A stretch of 64,000 nt of DNA from Promethearchaeota archaeon (GTDB taxonomy: Archaea > Asgardarchaeota > Lokiarchaeia > Sigyniarchaeales > SOKP01), in contig JBHLOY010000002.1 in assembly GCA_048939995.1 (NCBI GenBank), positions 1-64,000 on the forward strand, in the 5' to 3' direction. Of the stretch, positions 60,839-64,000 are shown piece after piece. The position numbers and the translations under genes are program-made. Below the pieces are notes generated by a model. That model had not been told where the DNA came from. It was given only the letters and a program-made list of their open reading frames with translations, and did no database searches. Position 1 is the stretch's first letter, and every line of letters begins with the position of its first letter.

Positions 60839-62533
60839 TTACAGGAAAAACGTTAAGCCTACAAAAGAAGGAGAAATTGTCACAATTATAAATGTCACCA
60901 AGAATGCATTAATTACTGCCCCTGCAATAATATTACCTGACTCCTTATATGCTTTTATTGATGTAGATGAATTCACCATAAACAGTACTAAAGCTATTGG
61001 AAAGAAAGTTCCCAGAAAAAAGAAGCTTCGCGTAATAAGTCCCAAGATTAAAAGATAAGTAAAATAGTAAAAAGAAGGTAATACCAGCCCTATAAAGAAT
61101 ACCTTTAAAGTATCAGTTAATGACTCTTTATATTTATTTTGAATTATAACTTGCATTAGAAGAGAATATATAATGTTTATAAAAAGCATAATAATGAAGT
61201 AAATTGGTAATGTCCAAATCTTATTTATTGAAGGAAGTAACGCAAAATAGTTCAGTCCTACAGATAGGTATGATATAATATAGAATATAGCTGCTAAAAC
61301 AGTGCCAAGTGCTAAATGTCTTAAAAACTTCTTTGTTCCCATGAAAATCTTTCTCAACATTGTGATTAAAGAGACATGCACTTTTTTTCCTATTCTCCAT
61401 AACAGAATAATAAATCCAAATGATTGACCGAATAGTAATGCTAATGCAAATCCTGCTACTACTAATGGTAATATTATCAAAATTGGGATAAAAATTATAA
61501 CTCCTGGAATACCTAGCAATAAAGAATAAATAAAAGCTTTAATTGATACCTCTTTAATTGAAAGATTTGTTGAGTCAATTTTAAAAAATTCTAAATCAAC
61601 CTCTCTTTTTCTCTCCTCTTTTGGCTGAATTATTAATTTTGAAACTGGTTCATTTATTAGAAAGAAGAGTCCTATCCCTCCAACAACTTGTATCAGTAAT
61701 ATAATTGCTCTTAAATTAGTATAAAAGTTTTCATCAATCACATCAATATCAAACGAATTTATAGCCCAATCTCTGGCTTCTCGTATGAAGTCATCATCCC
61801 ATGCAAGTTTCAGATGGTTACTATCATCATCTAAGTAAATCATTGAAGCATTGCCATATTCAAATGAACCATATATCTTATTCGTATCGATATCTGCAGC
61901 GGGAATACTTAATCGAGTTTCCATATTTTCTTTTAGCTCACATAAATCGATGGCCTCATCGAATAGCGCTTGAATCATAAGGATATTCAATGGATTAGTT
62001 GAATTACCTAATCTCATTTCCGTGCTATTATATAACCATGTCCCAATCCCAACAAAACATATAAATGACGTGTCATTATGAATTACACTTTGACCTAATC
62101 CTCCCATACTATAACCAATATATCCGAGTGAATTCATATCAATATCTCCTCGAGAATTTAAGTATTCTTTAATGGCTATAATGTCTTTAAACATTGCATC
62201 ATTACTTCCAGACGAACTCTGACCATGGCCTCTAAAGTCAAATGGAACTGAGACAAATCCTGCTGCTGCTAACTCTATTGCATACCCTTTTAATATCTCT
62301 TTATTAGCCATGATACCATGACCTATTATAAAAGCTGGCTTGTTCAATCCACCATTTTGAGGTTCGAAAACATTGAAAGAGATCGTTACGTCATCATCAG
62401 TGGTAGTGGTAAGGCCATAAGTACTTTTAACGCTTAATGGAGTTATAAAGATAAAAATAGTGCTGATTACAAAAATTCCAAGAAAGGTGCTAATTAAAAT
62501 TATTTTCTTTTTTGAAAGATTAAGTTGATTCAT
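60839..62533 (-). CDS. Alpha/beta hydrolase fused to a multi-TM domain
   Basis: GHG, DFRGHGQS, GYSMG nucleophile elbow; about 8 C-terminal TM. Confidence 0.8.
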   Translation of the reverse strand: MNQLNLSKKKIILISTFLGIFVISTIFIFITPLSVKSTYGLTTTTDDDVTISFNVFEPQNGGLNKPAFIIGHGIMANKEILKGYAIELAAAGFVSVPFDFRGHGQSSSGSNDAMFKDIIAIKEYLNSRGDIDMNSLGYIGYSMGGLGQSVIHNDTSFICFVGIGTWLYNSTEMRLGNSTNPLNILMIQALFDEAIDLCELKENMETRLSIPAADIDTNKIYGSFEYGNASMIYLDDDSNHLKLAWDDDFIREARDWAINSFDIDVIDENFYTNLRAIILLIQVVGGIGLFFLINEPVSKLIIQPKEERKREVDLEFFKIDSTNLSIKEVSIKAFIYSLLLGIPGVIIFIPILIILPLVVAGFALALLFGQSFGFIILLWRIGKKVHVSLITMLRKIFMGTKKFLRHLALGTVLAAIFYIISYLSVGLNYFALLPSINKIWTLPIYFIIMLFINIIYSLLMQVIIQNKYKESLTDTLKVFFIGLVLPSFYYFTYLLILGLITRSFFFLGTFFPIALVLFMVNSSTSIKAYKESGNIIAGAVINAFLVTFIIVTISPSFVGLTFFL

Positions 62534-62622
62534 AATTACTATTTCAACCTAATTCTATTTAAAAAAATGTTAAAATATGTTTATTTAAAAGAAGGAGATA
62601 AAAATAAAAATTAAAAAGAAGA

Positions 62623-62727
62623 TTAGAGAGTCTTTTTTCTGTATCGGATCGTCTTGATATATATAACCACACCTATTAAAAGAAGTAGAAGTCCTATATT
62701 ATAACCCAGAATTCCCGGCTGTGTATC
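62623..62727 (-). pseudogene. Orphan Loki-CTERM-like C-terminal anchor fragment
   Basis: DTQPGILGYNIGLLLLLIGVVIYIKTIRYRKKTL*; in-frame TAA just upstream and no start codon before the motif. Confidence 0.5.
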
Positions 62728-62908
62728 ACTTTATTTTTATATATATCTTAAAAATAAAATAACTAGCTTTCCTTTTTTTAATTTTTTCTTCTTTTCAATT
62801 TTTATAAAAGATTAATATAATCTTTTTAACTTGGTAATAATTTTTAAAAAAATAAAAATGCTCGATTTAAATTAAATAGTAGGATCATATTCAAAAAATA
62901 TTAATTTT

Positions 62909-63481
62909 GTGGTTAAAATGAGTGATGAATTAGCAAATCCAGCACCTCTTGGGCTTATGGGATTTGGCATAACAACAGTATTATTAAACCTTCATAATGC
63001 AGGACTATACATTTTAGGTCCGATGATATTAAGTATGGGTATATTTTATGGAGGAATTGCTCAAATTATTGCTGGGATAATGGAATATAAGAAGGGTAAT
63101 AGCTTCGGTACAACCGCTTTTACATCGTATGGATTATTTTGGTTAACATTAGTGTTTTTAAACATTTTTCCAAATACCGGTTTATGGCCTGTTGCATCTG
63201 GTACCATCGAACTAGGTTCTTATCTTTTATTATGGGGGATATTCACTCTACTTATGTTTTTTGGAACATTAAATAGAAATAGAGCGCTACAAGTGGTTTT
63301 CTTAACTTTAGCAATATTATTTTTCCTTTTGGCAATTGGTAATTTTCTTAATACACCTTTGATAATTACAATAGCAGGATTTGAAGGAATTTTATGTGGC
63401 TCAAGCGCAATTTATTTAGCAATCGCTGAAATCTTAAATGAAACATATGCTAGAACGATTCTCCCCATTGGCAAAAAATAA
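62909..63481 (+). CDS. satP: Acetate uptake transporter (GPR1/FUN34/SatP family)
   Basis: [27 protein letters not shown]. Confidence 0.9.
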   Translation: MVKMSDELANPAPLGLMGFGITTVLLNLHNAGLYILGPMILSMGIFYGGIAQIIAGIMEYKKGNSFGTTAFTSYGLFWLTLVFLNIFPNTGLWPVASGTIELGSYLLLWGIFTLLMFFGTLNRNRALQVVFLTLAILFFLLAIGNFLNTPLIITIAGFEGILCGSSAIYLAIAEILNETYARTILPIGKK

Positions 63482-63576
63482 AATTGATTTTAATTTTTAC
63501 TTTTTTTTTTTATTTTTTCCTATTTTGAAGTTCTTTTAGAAATTTGCTGAATTGAAGAATGAATATAAATAAATAA

Positions 63577-64000
63577 CTAAATTTTAGCATAATTTTTTAT
63601 AAAAGCTTCTAATAAACGAACTGTATTTAAAATATCATCTAATTTTAAAAGAGATGTTGGAGAATGTATGTAGCGGCAAGGAACTGATACTACTGTGCTA
63701 GGTACACCTTCACGAGTAAGTTGAATTTTACCTGCATCTGTTTTTCCATACATAGGTTTCTTAAATTGAAACGGAATTTTTTCTAGTTTAGCATTTTCTA
63801 TAAGTCTTTTATTGACATGAGGCGAACAAATTATAGATTTATCTGCTACTGAAATTGCTGGACCTTTCCCAATATAAACGGGGATTCTTGATTCCTTTAT
63901 ATCTGGAACATCTCCAGCAGTAGTATTCTCTATAGCAATTGCCATAGTTGGCTTTAATTTATAGGCACCAGTCCTTGCTCCAATCCTCCCAAATTCTTCT
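63577..64000 (-). CDS. M42-family (TET) aminopeptidase, C-terminal part, truncated by window edge
   Basis: EEFGRIGA at the edge, TDAG, SVPCRYIHSP. Confidence 0.85.
   Translation of the reverse strand, partial: EEFGRIGARTGAYKLKPTMAIAIENTTAGDVPDIKESRIPVYIGKGPAISVADKSIICSPHVNKRLIENAKLEKIPFQFKKPMYGKTDAGKIQLTREGVPSTVVSVPCRYIHSPTSLLKLDDILNTVRLLEAFIKNYAKI

Noticed and set aside
1-64000. CRISPR arrays, tRNA/rRNA genes, IS elements
   Set aside because: No regularly spaced repeats, cloverleaf or GC-rich RNA blocks, or transposase motifs seen by eye. In-frame, stop-free micro-introns could still have been missed without alignments.

Overview
AT-rich archaeal window, most likely Asgard (Lokiarchaeia/Promethearchaeota-like). 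This rests on Rab- and Arf-like GTPases, longin- and gelsolin-like domains, a Loki-CTERM-like tail and expanded fatty-acid/acyl-CoA metabolism genes. It holds about 60 CDSs; I found no rRNA, tRNA, CRISPR array or transposase. Main result: two protein-coding genes that look broken in the ORF track are each interrupted by a short, stop-containing, 3n-length insertion whose ends fold into a bulge-helix-bulge (BHB) motif, the substrate of the archaeal tRNA-splicing endonuclease. An acyl-CoA dehydrogenase carries a 33-nt insertion (23476-23508) and a low-molecular-weight protein tyrosine phosphatase a 21-nt insertion (37247-37267). Cutting at the canonical BHB positions restores the frame and the conserved motifs (ERLGIMGSG; CSGNTARS), which points to mRNA micro-introns in ordinary Asgard genes. 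Secondary findings: two probable ATT-initiated genes, a long intergenic hairpin element, a repeat plus nuclease-like protein, a tandem array of paralogous membrane-anchored surface proteins, a zinc-finger-bearing crotonase and a compositional break at the left edge. All calls come from reading the sequence; no searches or folding programs were run.
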